NCBI GenBank assembly: GCA_030528295.1
Contig: JAUMZC010000001.1
Location: 29,444-93,443, forward strand
Origin: Corynebacterium sp.
GTDB taxonomy: Bacteria; Actinomycetota; Actinomycetes; Mycobacteriales; Mycobacteriaceae
Length of the DNA stretch: 64,000 nt
Direction: 5' to 3'
Positions 31,969 through 42,951 of the stretch are shown here, one piece after another (position 1 is the first letter of the stretch; each line of letters opens with the position of its first letter). The position numbers and the translations under genes were made by a program. The notes under the pieces are model-generated. The model had not been told where the DNA came from, made no database searches, and saw only the letters and a list, made by a program, of their open reading frames with translations.

Positions 31969-32132
31969 ATAGCCAGTCTGGTACCTAACCTCCCCCAAAA
32001 GAAGTCATAGCTCAAAATCTTCGCGCAGCATCGTAGATTTTGAGCTACTTCTCTTTCATAATGGCAGTATCAGCTGGGGTGGATTGGCTGATGCTACTTA
32101 TTATCGGGACCTTTCGGGAATTTGGGGGGACG

Positions 32133-32648
32133 ATGAAACTCAGCGAAGCTGTGTTAATCCAGAACTACCTTGATGGTGATCAACGTGCGTTTACCCGCCT
32201 CGTTGAAGGACATATTGAAAAATTACTGTGTGTGGCACGCAGACATGCTCCAAGAAATGTGGACGCGCAGGATATTGTGCAGATTGCGTTGTGGAACGCT
32301 TCCCGAAATCTCCATAAATTTCGTCAAGAATGCGCGCTAAGTACCTGGCTTTATCGCTTAGTTGTAAACGCCGCCTACGATTTTGGTAGGCGGCAATCTA
32401 ATTGCATGTATGAGTGTTTAGAAAACATCGAAGAACAAGGATTTGAACACAATATCGAATTGTCTATCGAGATTTCAGAAGCGTTGAATTCACTGTCTCG
32501 GGAACAACGGGAAGCAATTATTTTAGTGGACATTGCAGGCACCACCATTGAATCAGTTGCCAAATATCAAGGCGTCCGGCCCGGCACCGTAAAATCCCGC
32601 CGCGCTCGAGCTAGAAAAACACTACGAAAACTGCTCCAGGTGGAATAG
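32133..32648 (+). CDS. sigM: ECF RNA polymerase sigma factor (SigM-like)
   Basis: AQDIVQ..STWLYRLVVN (region 2) and GTVKSRRARAR (region 4); synteny murJ-sigM-trxB. Confidence 0.8.
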   Translation: MKLSEAVLIQNYLDGDQRAFTRLVEGHIEKLLCVARRHAPRNVDAQDIVQIALWNASRNLHKFRQECALSTWLYRLVVNAAYDFGRRQSNCMYECLENIEEQGFEHNIELSIEISEALNSLSREQREAIILVDIAGTTIESVAKYQGVRPGTVKSRRARARKTLRKLLQVE

Positions 32649-32711
32649 CTTTTCGCTCGGCGACGTTAGAATTTTCATATACAGCACCTCCAGACTGAAA
32701 GAGGAAGCACT

Positions 32712-33623
32712 TTGACAATTCATGACGTAGCCATCATTGGCTCAGGTCCGGCGGGCTATACTGCGGCAATTTACGCAGCCCGAGCTGAGTTGAAGCCGAT
32801 AGTCTTCGAAGGAATTGAATACGGTGGCTCTTTAATGACCACCACTGATGTGGAAAACTATCCAGGTTTCCCAGAGGGTATTATGGGCCCTGAACTCATG
32901 GAAAACATGCGTACCCAGGCCGAACGTTTTGGCGCTGATCTTCAAATGGAGTTAGTCGAACGCGTTGACCTTTCCGGCGACGTCAAAAAGCTCTGGGTAG
33001 GGGACCAGGAATTTCAAGCGCGCTCGGTAATTCTTGCTATGGGTTCGGCACCTCGTTATTTGGGTGTTCCGGGTGAGCAGGAGCTTCTTGGCCGTGGCGT
33101 TTCGTCGTGCGCGACCTGCGATGGCTTCTTCTTCCGCGACCACGATATTGCAGTGATTGGCGGCGGTGATTCGGCGATGGAGGAGGCTATTTTCCTCACG
33201 CGTTTTGCTAAGTCTGTGACGATCGTGCATCGGCGTGACGAGTTCCGTGCGAGCCGCATTATGCTCGACCGCGCCCGCGCCAATGAGAAAATACGTTTCA
33301 TTACTAACGCGGTAGTGAATCGCGTACTTGGCGACGATACAGTGACCGGATTAGAACTCACGGTCGACGGCAAAGTTACGGAGCTTCCGGTGACTGCCAT
33401 GTTCGTAGCAATCGGCGCGGATCCCCGCTCGGAGCTGGTACGCGACCAGGTACAACTTAACGACGCCGGGTACGTCACCGTTGAGCAGCCATCTACCCGC
33501 ACCAACGTCCCTGGCGTTTTCGCTGTTGGTGACCTAGTGGATAGCCACTATAAACAAGCGATCACCGCTGCCGGTTCTGGTTGCCGCGCCGCAATTGACG
33601 CAGAGCATTACCTCGCACAATAG
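32712..33623 (+). CDS. trxB: Thioredoxin reductase
   Basis: [14 protein letters not shown] and GGGDSA motifs. Confidence 0.96.
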   Translation: MTIHDVAIIGSGPAGYTAAIYAARAELKPIVFEGIEYGGSLMTTTDVENYPGFPEGIMGPELMENMRTQAERFGADLQMELVERVDLSGDVKKLWVGDQEFQARSVILAMGSAPRYLGVPGEQELLGRGVSSCATCDGFFFRDHDIAVIGGGDSAMEEAIFLTRFAKSVTIVHRRDEFRASRIMLDRARANEKIRFITNAVVNRVLGDDTVTGLELTVDGKVTELPVTAMFVAIGADPRSELVRDQVQLNDAGYVTVEQPSTRTNVPGVFAVGDLVDSHYKQAITAAGSGCRAAIDAEHYLAQ

Positions 33624-33633
33624 GAGTAGCTTA

Positions 33634-33957
33634 ATGAGCAATGTGACCAATATCACTGCAGATAGTTTTGATGCTGAAGTTCTAAAGTCGGAAAAACCAG
33701 TGCTGGTGGACTTTTGGGCAGACTGGTGTGTTCCATGTAAGAAACTCGCCCCCGTAATCGATGAAATCGCAGCAGAAGTAGGGGATCGAGCACTTATTGC
33801 CAAGGTAGATTTAAACAAAGAGCGAAGCCTTGGAGTGGACTACCAAATCTTTTCAATACCTACGCTTTTGATCTTTAAAAACGGAGAAAAAGTCGCGGAA
33901 ATGGTTGGTGCGCAGTCAAAATCTAAGATCATGGCGAAGCTCGAATCCTTCATGTAG
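33634..33957 (+). CDS. trxA: Thioredoxin
   Basis: DFWADWCVPCK; AGGAG SD before ATG 33634. Confidence 0.93.
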   Translation: MSNVTNITADSFDAEVLKSEKPVLVDFWADWCVPCKKLAPVIDEIAAEVGDRALIAKVDLNKERSLGVDYQIFSIPTLLIFKNGEKVAEMVGAQSKSKIMAKLESFM

Positions 33958-34001
33958 CTGGTATCGTAGCCCCCAGTGTGGATGAAGAAGGAAGGAGCAT
34001 C

Positions 34002-35171
34002 GTGACAGAGGTTCTTAAAATCGGTGATAAAAGTCCCCGAGTGGCCGAAGTCCGAGCGGCACTCGCTCAGTTGGGTCTTTTGAAAGATTTTCATGGAGAT
34101 TCCATTCAGACTTTCCAACCAGAAGACACCCTGTTTGACGCTTCTTTATCCCAAGCCCTTCAGGCTTTTCAGCAAAGCCGAGGCATTATCGCCGATGGGC
34201 ATATCGGAGAAACCACTCTCCGTGTCTTGCGCGAAGCTTCGTTCACCCTAGGGGCAAGGGTTCTGCAATATCAGCCATCAAACATTCTCATCGGTGACGA
34301 TGTTGCACAGCTCCAAAATCACCTTCATGAACTGGGTTTTTACCCAGAACGTGTTGATGGCTGTTTCGGCGAACGCACCCACCAAGCTGTGATTAATTAC
34401 CAAATCAACTCAGATCTTCAAGCAGACGGAATTTGCGGTCCGAAGACTATTCGAGCACTGCAATATCTTGGTCGCCGTATCACTGGCGGCTCACCGTACG
34501 CTATTCGAGAGCGAGAAGCTATACGTCTCGCGGGTCCGCGCCTCGCTGGCAAACGCGTAGTGATCGATCCATGGTTGGGTGGTTCGGACACTGGAAAACT
34601 GGTCGAAGGACCCTTCGGATCCATCACTGAGGCAGATATTGTTTGGGATTTAGCTTCCCGAATTTACGGACGAATGACAGCGGCCGGAGTTGAAACGGCA
34701 ATGTCGCGGCCAAAGATTACCAATCCCTCCCAGATTGAACGCGCTCAAATGGCGAATGCCTACAGCGCTGACCTTGTTATCAGCTTGGCTTGTGACCATT
34801 ACCCCAACGCAAAAGCTTCCGGCATTTCCTCCCTGTATTTTGGCAACACTGAGGGAACCAGCTCCCTCATGGGAGAGATGCTGAGCAGCTATATTCAGCG
34901 CGAAATTTGCGCACGCACTCAGCTAGTCAATTGCGGCAATCACGCGAAGATCCTGGATATTCTCCGTCTTACTCAGATGCCTTCTGTGATCGTCTTCCTG
35001 GGCTACCTCTCCAATCCTCACGACGTCGCGATTCTCACTGATCCTAAGCAGCGCGACGTCATCGCGGAGGCCATCGTTGTGGCTGTGAAACGGTGGTATT
35101 TGTTGGATCGAGATGATCAACCAACTGGAACATTTAACTTCAGTGAGCTTCTAAAAGCAGAGTTGCTCTAA
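34002..35171 (+). CDS. cwlM: N-acetylmuramoyl-L-alanine amidase-like CwlM
   Basis: Two PG-binding repeats, an Amidase_3 region and a C-terminal PTGTF tail; synteny. Confidence 0.88.
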   Translation: MTEVLKIGDKSPRVAEVRAALAQLGLLKDFHGDSIQTFQPEDTLFDASLSQALQAFQQSRGIIADGHIGETTLRVLREASFTLGARVLQYQPSNILIGDDVAQLQNHLHELGFYPERVDGCFGERTHQAVINYQINSDLQADGICGPKTIRALQYLGRRITGGSPYAIREREAIRLAGPRLAGKRVVIDPWLGGSDTGKLVEGPFGSITEADIVWDLASRIYGRMTAAGVETAMSRPKITNPSQIERAQMANAYSADLVISLACDHYPNAKASGISSLYFGNTEGTSSLMGEMLSSYIQREICARTQLVNCGNHAKILDILRLTQMPSVIVFLGYLSNPHDVAILTDPKQRDVIAEAIVVAVKRWYLLDRDDQPTGTFNFSELLKAELL

Positions 35172-35276
35172 AAGCGTCACAGAAGCTACATAGAGGAGAT
35201 GAAGTACTCTCCCATATGGTTGGTGTGGTTTTTAGAATTTAACGCCGCAAAACCGCCAATAATCGTTGTGCAAAAT

Positions 35277-35311
35277 CAAAAACGCCCCGCTCGTGATAGC
35301 AGGGCGTTTTG
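35277..35311. terminator. Bidirectional intrinsic terminator between cwlM and parB
   Basis: CAAAAACGCCC.GCT...AGC.GGGCGTTTTG inverted repeat. Confidence 0.65.
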
Positions 35312-35319
35312 TGTTTGAA

Positions 35320-36351
35320 CTATTTGTGGTCGATAAGTCCGATAATCCGCTCAAAATCATCACGGTCACCGAATTCCACAACGATGCGGCCTTTTCTCTT
35401 GCCCATGGTGACGGTAACTTTTGTGTCCAAACCGTCCGCTAGGCGATCAGCAGCACTCGTGAAAAACTCTGGGGTTTCCCGTTTTGTTGGGGTTTTCTTC
35501 GTTTTCACTTCACCCCGATTGGCCAACATCACGGCTTCTTCAGTCGCGCGCACTGAAAGGCCTTCCGCGACGATCCGATCGGCTAATTCTTCTTGGGCGT
35601 CGGCTCCCTGTTTCAATCCAAGCACTGCCCTTGCATGTCCGGCACTTAATACACCTGCGGCCACACGTGACTGGACTTTCACAGGTAACGCCAGCAAACG
35701 AATAGCGTTGGTAATCACAGGCCGAGATCGGCCAATACGATCCGCAAGTTCTCCCTGTGTGACACCGAATTCCTCTAAAAGTTGCTGGTATGCTGCTGCT
35801 TCTTCCAAAGGATTGAGCTGCACCCTGTGAATGTTTTCCAGCAGGGCATCGCGGAGCAGCGAACTATCGTCAGTTTCGCGGATGATAGCCGGAATTTTCT
35901 TCATTCCGGCTTTTGCAGCGGCGCGCCAACGGCGTTCACCCATGATGATCTCAAACGAATCATCAACAGGGGAGTGGCGCACAACGATTGGTTGCATCAG
36001 GCCAAATTCGCGAATGGAATGCACCAGTTCAGCCAGCGCATCCTCATCGAACACTTGTCGCGGTTGTCGCGGATTTGGAACGATCTGTGAGATTGGAATC
36101 TCTTGATAGCTCGCACCAAAATCACTTACAGCCTCCTTGGCTGAAGGCTTTGGTGTTGTCTCCTTAGCAGCCTCGTTCGCAGGGGCAGCAGGCTGCTTCT
36201 TTTGAGGGGCTTGACTCTTTTGGGGCCGCGCACTCCCGCCGATGATGATGTCAGCTGCTCCATCACCTAGCTTCGGGCTTTGAGCGGGAGTACTTGGAAT
36301 CAGGGCAGCGAGCCCACGTCCGAGGCCGCTTTTGCGCGGTTCTTGTGCCAT
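35320..36351 (-). CDS. parB: Chromosome partitioning protein ParB
   Basis: [21 protein letters not shown] and HTH motifs. Confidence 0.96.
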   Translation of the reverse strand: MAQEPRKSGLGRGLAALIPSTPAQSPKLGDGAADIIIGGSARPQKSQAPQKKQPAAPANEAAKETTPKPSAKEAVSDFGASYQEIPISQIVPNPRQPRQVFDEDALAELVHSIREFGLMQPIVVRHSPVDDSFEIIMGERRWRAAAKAGMKKIPAIIRETDDSSLLRDALLENIHRVQLNPLEEAAAYQQLLEEFGVTQGELADRIGRSRPVITNAIRLLALPVKVQSRVAAGVLSAGHARAVLGLKQGADAQEELADRIVAEGLSVRATEEAVMLANRGEVKTKKTPTKRETPEFFTSAADRLADGLDTKVTVTMGKRKGRIVVEFGDRDDFERIIGLIDHK

Positions 36352-36404
36352 AAGAGCGTTAAGCCTTTCCTAGCGCAGTAACTTCAGTACATAGCGGATA
36401 GAAA

Positions 36405-37328
36405 TCAAGATTTTGGTGCTACTCCAATAGTCCCAGATTCTGGTGTGGGCAGGTAATCGCCGCGCTTAGCCATTTCTTTCGCAGCGTCGAGATAGGCCAT
36501 AGCTCCCCGAGAACCTGGATCGTATTCCAACACTGTTTGGCCAAAGCCTGGGGCCTCGGACACTTTGACACTGCGTGGGATCACGGTCTTCAACACAACA
36601 TCTTTGAAATGTCCCCGAACATCCTCTGCTACCTGCTCTGCCAGCTTTGTTCTGCCATCGTACATGGTGAGCAAGATGGTGGAGATGTGCAGTTCATGGT
36701 TGAGATGCTGTCGAATCATCGAAATATTGTTAAGCAGCTGACCTACACCTTCCAGCGCGTAATACTCACACTGAATCGGGATAAGAACCTCGCGAACGGC
36801 GGTCATCGAATTGATCGTCAGTAACCCCAAAGAGGGGGGACAGTCAATGATGACATAGTCGAAATTATTTCTTTCAAGAAAATCATTATCCAGGGCATCT
36901 TTCAGCCTGAATTCCCGCCGAGCAATATTCACAAGTTCAATTTCTGCGCCTGCTAAATCAATTGTTGCCGGAATGCAGAAAAGATTCACATGGGAAGGGG
37001 ATTGCTGCATTGCTTCTTCGGGCGTGCATTCTCCGAGTAATACTTCGTAACTCGAACGTGTGCCAGCACGATGTTCCACGCCTAATGCAGTGGATGCGTT
37101 GCCCTGCGGATCTAAATCCACCACCAACACTCGCAGACCATGAAATGCCAAGCCGGCAGCCAGGTTTACCGAGGTAGTGGTTTTACCAACCCCGCCTTTT
37201 TGATTCGACACGGTAATGAGGCGCGGTTGATCCGGGCGCGGCAAATGCAAGGCATTAGGTGTCTGCACCTTTGTTGCGCGCTGGGCAGCTGCCCCGATCG
37301 GGGTGTCTTCCCAGTACCGTTCGTCCAT
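36405..37328 (-). CDS. parA: Chromosome partitioning ATPase ParA
   Basis: NQKGGVGKTT, DLDPQGNA and DCPPSLG motifs. Confidence 0.96.
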   Translation of the reverse strand: MDERYWEDTPIGAAAQRATKVQTPNALHLPRPDQPRLITVSNQKGGVGKTTTSVNLAAGLAFHGLRVLVVDLDPQGNASTALGVEHRAGTRSSYEVLLGECTPEEAMQQSPSHVNLFCIPATIDLAGAEIELVNIARREFRLKDALDNDFLERNNFDYVIIDCPPSLGLLTINSMTAVREVLIPIQCEYYALEGVGQLLNNISMIRQHLNHELHISTILLTMYDGRTKLAEQVAEDVRGHFKDVVLKTVIPRSVKVSEAPGFGQTVLEYDPGSRGAMAYLDAAKEMAKRGDYLPTPESGTIGVAPKS

Positions 37329-37374
37329 GGAGGTTCCTTCTCCTTCGTGTTGCTTTGTTTTTACCCTACGGCAG

Positions 37375-38049
37375 TTATTTCACTCGCGGAATACTGATCA
37401 ATGTCGTGGGCTCTTGTAGGTGTTGCTCACCTACTGTAAGGATGGTTGCCTCTCCGCCGCCGGCTTTTCGAATATCTTTTGCATCTCGGGTGAGTTCTTC
37501 ACCCACGGATACCCCCTTCATCGCCAACATCTTTCCGCCTTTACGTACTAATGGTAGCGACCATGCGGCAAGCCTTCCGAGAGGCGCGACGGCGCGGGAG
37601 GTTACGACGTCGAAAAGCCCAACTTGAGTTTTTACAGCTTTTTCCTCAGCGCGACCGCGAACCACTGTCACGTTTTCCAGCCCGAGCAGCGACACAACCT
37701 CATCGAGGTATACCGAGCGCTTCAACAGCGGCTCAATGAGGGTAATTTTTAGATCTGGCCGGGCGATGGCGAGTGGAATTCCGGGCAGCCCCGCACCGGA
37801 ACCAATGTCCGCTACCTTGGAGTTTCGGGGGATGGCCTCGCCAATAACCGCACAATTCAGAATGTGCCGCTCCCACAACCTGGGCACCTCCCGCGGGCCA
37901 ATAAAGCCACGCTCCGCGCCGTCCGTGGCGAGCGACGCCCGGTATGCCTCCGCCTGCACAAAATGCTCACCGAACACTTCGTGAGCGGCGTTTGGGGGCG
38001 ACGCCTCCGCATCATCAACGCCGTTATGCTGCGGTTTCACGTGAAACAT
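37375..38049 (-). CDS. rsmG: 16S rRNA m7G527 methyltransferase
   Basis: GPREVPRLWERH, DIGSGAGLPG and SRAVA motifs; starts MFHVK. Confidence 0.94.
   Translation of the reverse strand: MFHVKPQHNGVDDAEASPPNAAHEVFGEHFVQAEAYRASLATDGAERGFIGPREVPRLWERHILNCAVIGEAIPRNSKVADIGSGAGLPGIPLAIARPDLKITLIEPLLKRSVYLDEVVSLLGLENVTVVRGRAEEKAVKTQVGLFDVVTSRAVAPLGRLAAWSLPLVRKGGKMLAMKGVSVGEELTRDAKDIRKAGGGEATILTVGEQHLQEPTTLISIPRVK
38033..38048. promoter_or_regulatory. parS: parS site overlapping the rsmG start
   Basis: GGTTTCACGTGAAACA, one mismatch to consensus. Confidence 0.85.
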
Positions 38050-38185
38050 CCTTCCAAAAACAAACAGACGGGCAAGCCCCGAAACCAACTACATTGACTA
38101 TACGCAAAAGAAAACATCCCAACCGAGTCGGCTGGGATGTTCGCTTACGTTATCGAATTTTTAGCGGGCGATATCTCGCGCAAAC

Positions 38186-39139
38186 TTACTTGCGGCGCTT
38201 CTTGGTGTTTTTAGGCTTCACACCAGGCTTGGGAGCACTTGCTCGTTTAGCTTCACGCTTTGCCGCAAGTTCTTCTTCCTCTTCGCGGTCCATTTTATTA
38301 AAGATGTAACGCTGCTGGAAAAATGTCCAAATATTGTTTGCGCCCATATAGCAAAGCAAACCGATATGCCAAAATACACCGGTGAATAGAATGGTGGCTG
38401 GCAAGAACCAAACCATCATTTTATTCATCATTTGCATCTGCATTTGCATTTGATCATTTGTGGGCGCTGTAGCCCGGCCAGATGCAACCCGTTCCTTTTG
38501 TCGAGTCACCGCCATTTTCGCGTTAAAGTGCGTTGCCAGCGCAATAATAATAATGAGCGGGGCAGCCACAAGAATGATCGAAAGCTGGGTGAAGTTCACC
38601 GGCGAAAAGCCTTGATACATTTCTTCCGGCATTGTGATGTATGCGGAAAGTGGCACACCAAATAACCGCGCATCCAAGAATGATTGAACATCCTCTGGGG
38701 AGAAAATGTAGTTTGCGGTATTACGGTTTTCTTCGATGGAAAGCCCGAGCTGTCCAGCGCCGGTGCCGGTTCGGTTAAAGGACCGTAGCACGTGGAACAG
38801 GCCGATAAACACTGGCATTTGCACCAGCACTGGCAAACAACCGGCGAGCGGATTTACACCCATCTCTTTTTGAAGTTTGCGGGTTTCCTCCAGCATTTTT
38901 TGCTGGTCGTTTTTATATTTTGCACGAATTTCCGCCATTCGCGGCTGCATTTCCTGCATTTTACGGGAGGACCGCATCTGGTTAACCGTGGGACGCACGA
39001 GGACGACGCGAATGGTAAACGTCAGGAACACGATCGCCAGCACCCACGTGATGCCGGATCCTGGGTCTAGTACAAAACTGAATGCTTTGTGCCAGAACCA
39101 CAAGATGGCCGAGATTGGCCAGTATACGAAGTTGAGCAC
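38186..39139 (-). CDS. yidC: Membrane protein insertase YidC
   Basis: GVNPLAGCLP..QMPVF motif; synteny. Confidence 0.95.
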   Translation of the reverse strand: MLNFVYWPISAILWFWHKAFSFVLDPGSGITWVLAIVFLTFTIRVVLVRPTVNQMRSSRKMQEMQPRMAEIRAKYKNDQQKMLEETRKLQKEMGVNPLAGCLPVLVQMPVFIGLFHVLRSFNRTGTGAGQLGLSIEENRNTANYIFSPEDVQSFLDARLFGVPLSAYITMPEEMYQGFSPVNFTQLSIILVAAPLIIIIALATHFNAKMAVTRQKERVASGRATAPTNDQMQMQMQMMNKMMVWFLPATILFTGVFWHIGLLCYMGANNIWTFFQQRYIFNKMDREEEEELAAKREAKRASAPKPGVKPKNTKKRRK

Positions 39140-39164
39140 AGTTGGTCAGGACTCCTGATTAGGT

Positions 39165-39467
39165 TTAAGTTTGGTCTTCCTGCGCGTCCGAATGCGTATC
39201 GACGCCGCGGTGAGGCACAGGATCGTACCCTCCCGGATGCCAAGGACCGCACTTGGAAAACCGCACCAAGAACAGTACTAGCCCTTTGAAAGCACCATGA
39301 ACTTTCACGGCCTCAAGAGCGTATGCACTGCAGGTTGGTTCGAAACGACAGGTTGACCCCATCTTAAGGGGTGAAAAATAGATTTGGTAGCCACGGACTG
39401 CCCGTATGAGCACACGTGCGAAAACGCTATGTGATTGCGTTGAGCCGTTGGAGTGCTCGCTGCACAT
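39165..39467 (-). CDS. yidD: Membrane protein insertion efficiency factor YidD
   Basis: [25 protein letters not shown] motif. Confidence 0.92.
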   Translation of the reverse strand: MCSEHSNGSTQSHSVFARVLIRAVRGYQIYFSPLKMGSTCRFEPTCSAYALEAVKVHGAFKGLVLFLVRFSKCGPWHPGGYDPVPHRGVDTHSDAQEDQT

Positions 39468-39786
39468 CAGACTTCAACTCCTCACTGCTCGCATTTGCTG
39501 CTGCTGGCAGCACGCGGATCACCACATCACAACGATCTTGCATACTGCTCGTAAGATTTGCGCAGATATGCCGAAGCCGTCGCGAAATGCTATGTCGAGC
39601 AACCGCATTTCCGACGGCCTTAGAAACAATAAGGCCGAAGCGTGGTCCGCCACTGCGAGCAAGACCAGCTTCGGCTGTGTGCTCCCATACGTACACCACA
39701 ACAGTTTTCGAACCTTTGCGCTTCCCTTGTTTTACCACTCGGCTGAATTCAGCTGATGTAGCCAACTTATGTTGCTTGGGTAGCAC
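39427..39786 (-). CDS. rnpA: Ribonuclease P protein component
   Basis: [21 protein letters not shown] motif. Confidence 0.93.
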   Translation of the reverse strand: MLPKQHKLATSAEFSRVVKQGKRKGSKTVVVYVWEHTAEAGLARSGGPRFGLIVSKAVGNAVARHSISRRLRHICANLTSSMQDRCDVVIRVLPAAANASSEELKSDVQRALQRLNAIT

Positions 39787-39835
39787 GTGCGAAGATTCCT
39801 TGTTGTTGGTGCCGTAATGGGCGCCGACTACTGAA

Positions 39836-39979
39836 TTAAGCAGTCAGGGAAGCACGGCCCTTACGACGACGAGCCGACACGATTGCGCGACCTGCACGGG
39901 TACGCATACGAGTACGGAAGCCGTGAACACGTGCACGACGACGGTTGTTCGGCTGGAACGTCCGCTTGCCCTTAGCCAC
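39836..39979 (-). CDS. rpmH: 50S ribosomal protein L34
   Basis: Translated by hand: [47 protein letters not shown] (GTG start). Confidence 0.96.
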   Translation of the reverse strand: MAKGKRTFQPNNRRRARVHGFRTRMRTRAGRAIVSARRRKGRASLTA

Positions 39980-40346
39980 GGTGAACACTCCTAGTTGTGA
40001 GAGGGTGACTCGATGATCCGAGTTTTCATCCGCGAAGTTGATAGTGCGGCCACCCTGATTTGGATGATTCTAAAAACCTAGACAACCCGAAAACGGGAAC
40101 TCCCTAGGCTCGCAACAGGCGCGATCACGCATTCCTGCGGATCACGCCCGGTGCGAGAAGCACATCTGCTTGGCTAATAAGAACTAAAAACCTCATTGAT
40201 GTGCGAGACTCTGCCAGACTACGCGGTTCGGCATGTTGAAACAAATCGACACGCTCCGGCTCGCACAGCCTCTAAAGATTACAGTGATGTAATTTCCAAA
40301 ACTGTTGTCGAGAAATCACTCCAGAAATCCCTTTCGACCAGAGGAG

Positions 40347-40580
40347 TTGTACACAGCTCCCCACCCCTGTGGAAAACTTTGCCTGTGGATAACTCCAAAA
40401 AGTTCTCTATAGTTTGACTTAAAAACCGGCTATTTCTGCAGGTCAAGCACTTATGTGGCGAACAAAATATCTATCCACAGGTGGGAAACTAGACTGTGGA
40501 TAAAATTTTTGCGTAGAGTTGTCCACAGCTGTGGGCAGTACTGTGTATAAGCAGGTTGACCACGATCGTGGTTATTCACA
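40347..40580. promoter_or_regulatory. DnaA-box cluster upstream of dnaA
   Basis: Boxes at 40347, 40368, 40384 (perfect), 40471, 40495 (perfect), 40519, 40542 and 40572. Confidence 0.85.
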
Positions 40581-40724
40581 GGGCTCGTGGAAAAGCTTCC
40601 AGAGTTTTCCCCAACCCTTTTCGTAACCAGACACTGCGGATCGCCTTTTCACCGTGGTTTGTGTGATGCCAACAAGGTTTCGACCCGTATTTCGACAATC
40701 GATGACAAAAGGACGTAACCCAGC

Positions 40725-42374
40725 GTGCAAGATGCAGCCCTCCAGGACACCTGGAACCAGGTGGTGAAAGAACTCCAACGTCTCTCTGGTAAGCCTGAGA
40801 GCGGAATCCCATCGTTGTCTCACTACCATGTTGCGCTGCTCAAACTGGTGCAACCGGTAGCCATCGTCAATGGTTATGCAGTCCTTCATGCCAATAACTC
40901 TGCTGCTCGTAACCTGGTTGAAGGCGAATTACGGGAGCCCATTATTGATGTGCTTTCGGCTCGCATGGGTACACCATGCAATTTGGCTGTAAGTGTTGCC
41001 AGCAATGAAGAAGTTCATCCGCCAGCCCCAGCACCCAAGGAATTTTCTAATCCGCAAAACACGGAGCCAATTCCGGCAGCCATCAACGAACCGCCGAGCA
41101 AGCACAATGCTTCTCCCGGCCCGGAACTTGAACCGTTCACAGTGCTGCATGCCCAAGAGGCGACAAGTTGGCGGAATCTCAATATTGCGCCACCACGACA
41201 CAGCGCACAACAAACTCGTGAACAAATTGCGCATCCAGAAGAACCACATACACCACCACGCTGGACCACCGGCGGAGGTGTTATTCCTACTGGTAGGCAC
41301 GCATTATTGAGCAATCCGCCCAGTTCGAATGGTAATGGTGATCAGTCGCTAAACCAGCGCTACACTTTCGATTCTTTTGTTATTGGTTCATCGAACCGTT
41401 TTCCACATGCGGCCGCGGTTGCTGTAGCGGAAAATCCTGCCAACGCATACAACCCCCTGTTTATCTGGGGAGGCTCAGGGCTGGGGAAAACGCACCTTTT
41501 GCACGCCACAGGGAATTACGCGCGGCAACTCCAGCCAGGGTTGCGTGTGAAATACGTTTCGAGCGAGGAATTCACCAACGACTTCATTAATTCCATGCGC
41601 GATGACCGGCAAGAATCCTTTAAACGTCGGTACCGCAACCTGGACATGCTCATGGTGGACGATATCCAGTTCATCCAAGGTAAAGAAAGCACGCAGGAAG
41701 AGTTTTTCCACACGTTCAATGCGCTGCATCAGGCGAATAAGCAGATTATTCTGTCCTCAGACCGGCCTACGAAAGAACTCACAACGCTTGAAGACCGATT
41801 GCGAACACGGTTTGAACAAGGGTTGATTGTGGATATTCAGCCTCCAGACTTGGAAACCCGCATCGCGATCCTGATGAAAAAAGCACAGATGGATCGCACT
41901 GAACTTGGCAGAGACGTCCTAGAGCTCATCGCCAGCCGATTTGAAAACTCCATCCGCGAACTTGAAGGCGCTTTGATACGAGTCGCTGCATATAGCTCGC
42001 TCAACCAAGTGCCAATCACTACTGATTCTGCGATGAAGGCACTGCAGGACATCATGCCTGATCGTTCTGACATTGTGATTACAGCCGCCACCATCATGGA
42101 TGCAACGGCTGACTATTTCAATATCACCCTGGAAGCTTTGCGCGGAACGGGTAAAACTCGATCTGTTGCGCATGCCCGTCAGCTTGCCATGTACCTATGC
42201 CGTGAGCTCACGGATCTTTCGCTACCTAAGATCGGTGAAAGTTTTGGTGGCAAAGACCACACCACGGTGATGTATGCGGATCGGAAAATCCGGAAAGAGA
42301 TGAAGCAAAAACCTGAAACCTTTGATCAGATCCAAGAACTGACCCAAATTATCAAGGGCCGAAGCCGAGACTAG
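40725..42374 (+). CDS. dnaA: Chromosomal replication initiator DnaA
   Basis: [24 protein letters not shown] and GGKDHTTV motifs. Confidence 0.97.
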   Translation: MQDAALQDTWNQVVKELQRLSGKPESGIPSLSHYHVALLKLVQPVAIVNGYAVLHANNSAARNLVEGELREPIIDVLSARMGTPCNLAVSVASNEEVHPPAPAPKEFSNPQNTEPIPAAINEPPSKHNASPGPELEPFTVLHAQEATSWRNLNIAPPRHSAQQTREQIAHPEEPHTPPRWTTGGGVIPTGRHALLSNPPSSNGNGDQSLNQRYTFDSFVIGSSNRFPHAAAVAVAENPANAYNPLFIWGGSGLGKTHLLHATGNYARQLQPGLRVKYVSSEEFTNDFINSMRDDRQESFKRRYRNLDMLMVDDIQFIQGKESTQEEFFHTFNALHQANKQIILSSDRPTKELTTLEDRLRTRFEQGLIVDIQPPDLETRIAILMKKAQMDRTELGRDVLELIASRFENSIRELEGALIRVAAYSSLNQVPITTDSAMKALQDIMPDRSDIVITAATIMDATADYFNITLEALRGTGKTRSVAHARQLAMYLCRELTDLSLPKIGESFGGKDHTTVMYADRKIRKEMKQKPETFDQIQELTQIIKGRSRD

Positions 42375-42951
42375 AAGCTTTGACACCGCCCATATTTCCA
42401 TTTGCGCACAAATAAAACGTGCACAAAGGTTATCCACAGGTTTTATGGTTTTCCGGGAGTTTTCCACAGGCTAAATTTGTGACTTTAGTCACTGTAGAAT
42501 TTTCACCAGGGCTGTGGATAACAGCATAATCCCTGTGTACAAGTAGGTAGCAAATTGTGGAATAAATGTGAATAAAATTCGTTATGGAAAAAGTTATCCA
42601 CAGTGGGTCAAAGTTATCCACAGTTTATTCACAGCGTTTTCCACACCCCGAATTGCCCCTCTAGCAGGCGAAAGGACCATGTATCCACAATTCTACAGGC
42701 CCTACTGCTTTTACTATTTTTTCTTCTAATTAAAGAAAAGAAGAAATAGGGCCTGTGAAAAACTTGCCGCGAGCACGCCGCCGAGCCTTGACACGGCGTC
42801 GCAAAGCAACGAAGGTTTTAAGCTCTGTTGGTGCTTCGCGGTACCTTAGGGGTAACCCGAGATAGCAGGAGCATTTTTGATTATGTTTCTAAGCAAATGC
42901 TTTAGCTCTAGCTAAATCTCGCACGTTCAACTTCTTGAGGAGCTTGTCAGT
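42375..42951. other. oriC: Replication origin oriC (dnaA-dnaN intergenic)
   Basis: Perfect TTATCCACA boxes at 42430, 42513, 42594 and 42614, plus boxes at 42460, 42534, 42567, 42625, 42637 and 42681; then GGCC, trio-like TAC/TAT repeats and an AT-rich unwinding element at about 42700-42750. Confidence 0.92.

Noticed and set aside
12537-38048. Repeated TGTTTCACGTGAAACA palindromes as a possible CRISPR or novel repeat family
   Set aside because: They match the established parS consensus, are irregularly spaced, and parAB is in the window; no cas genes are present
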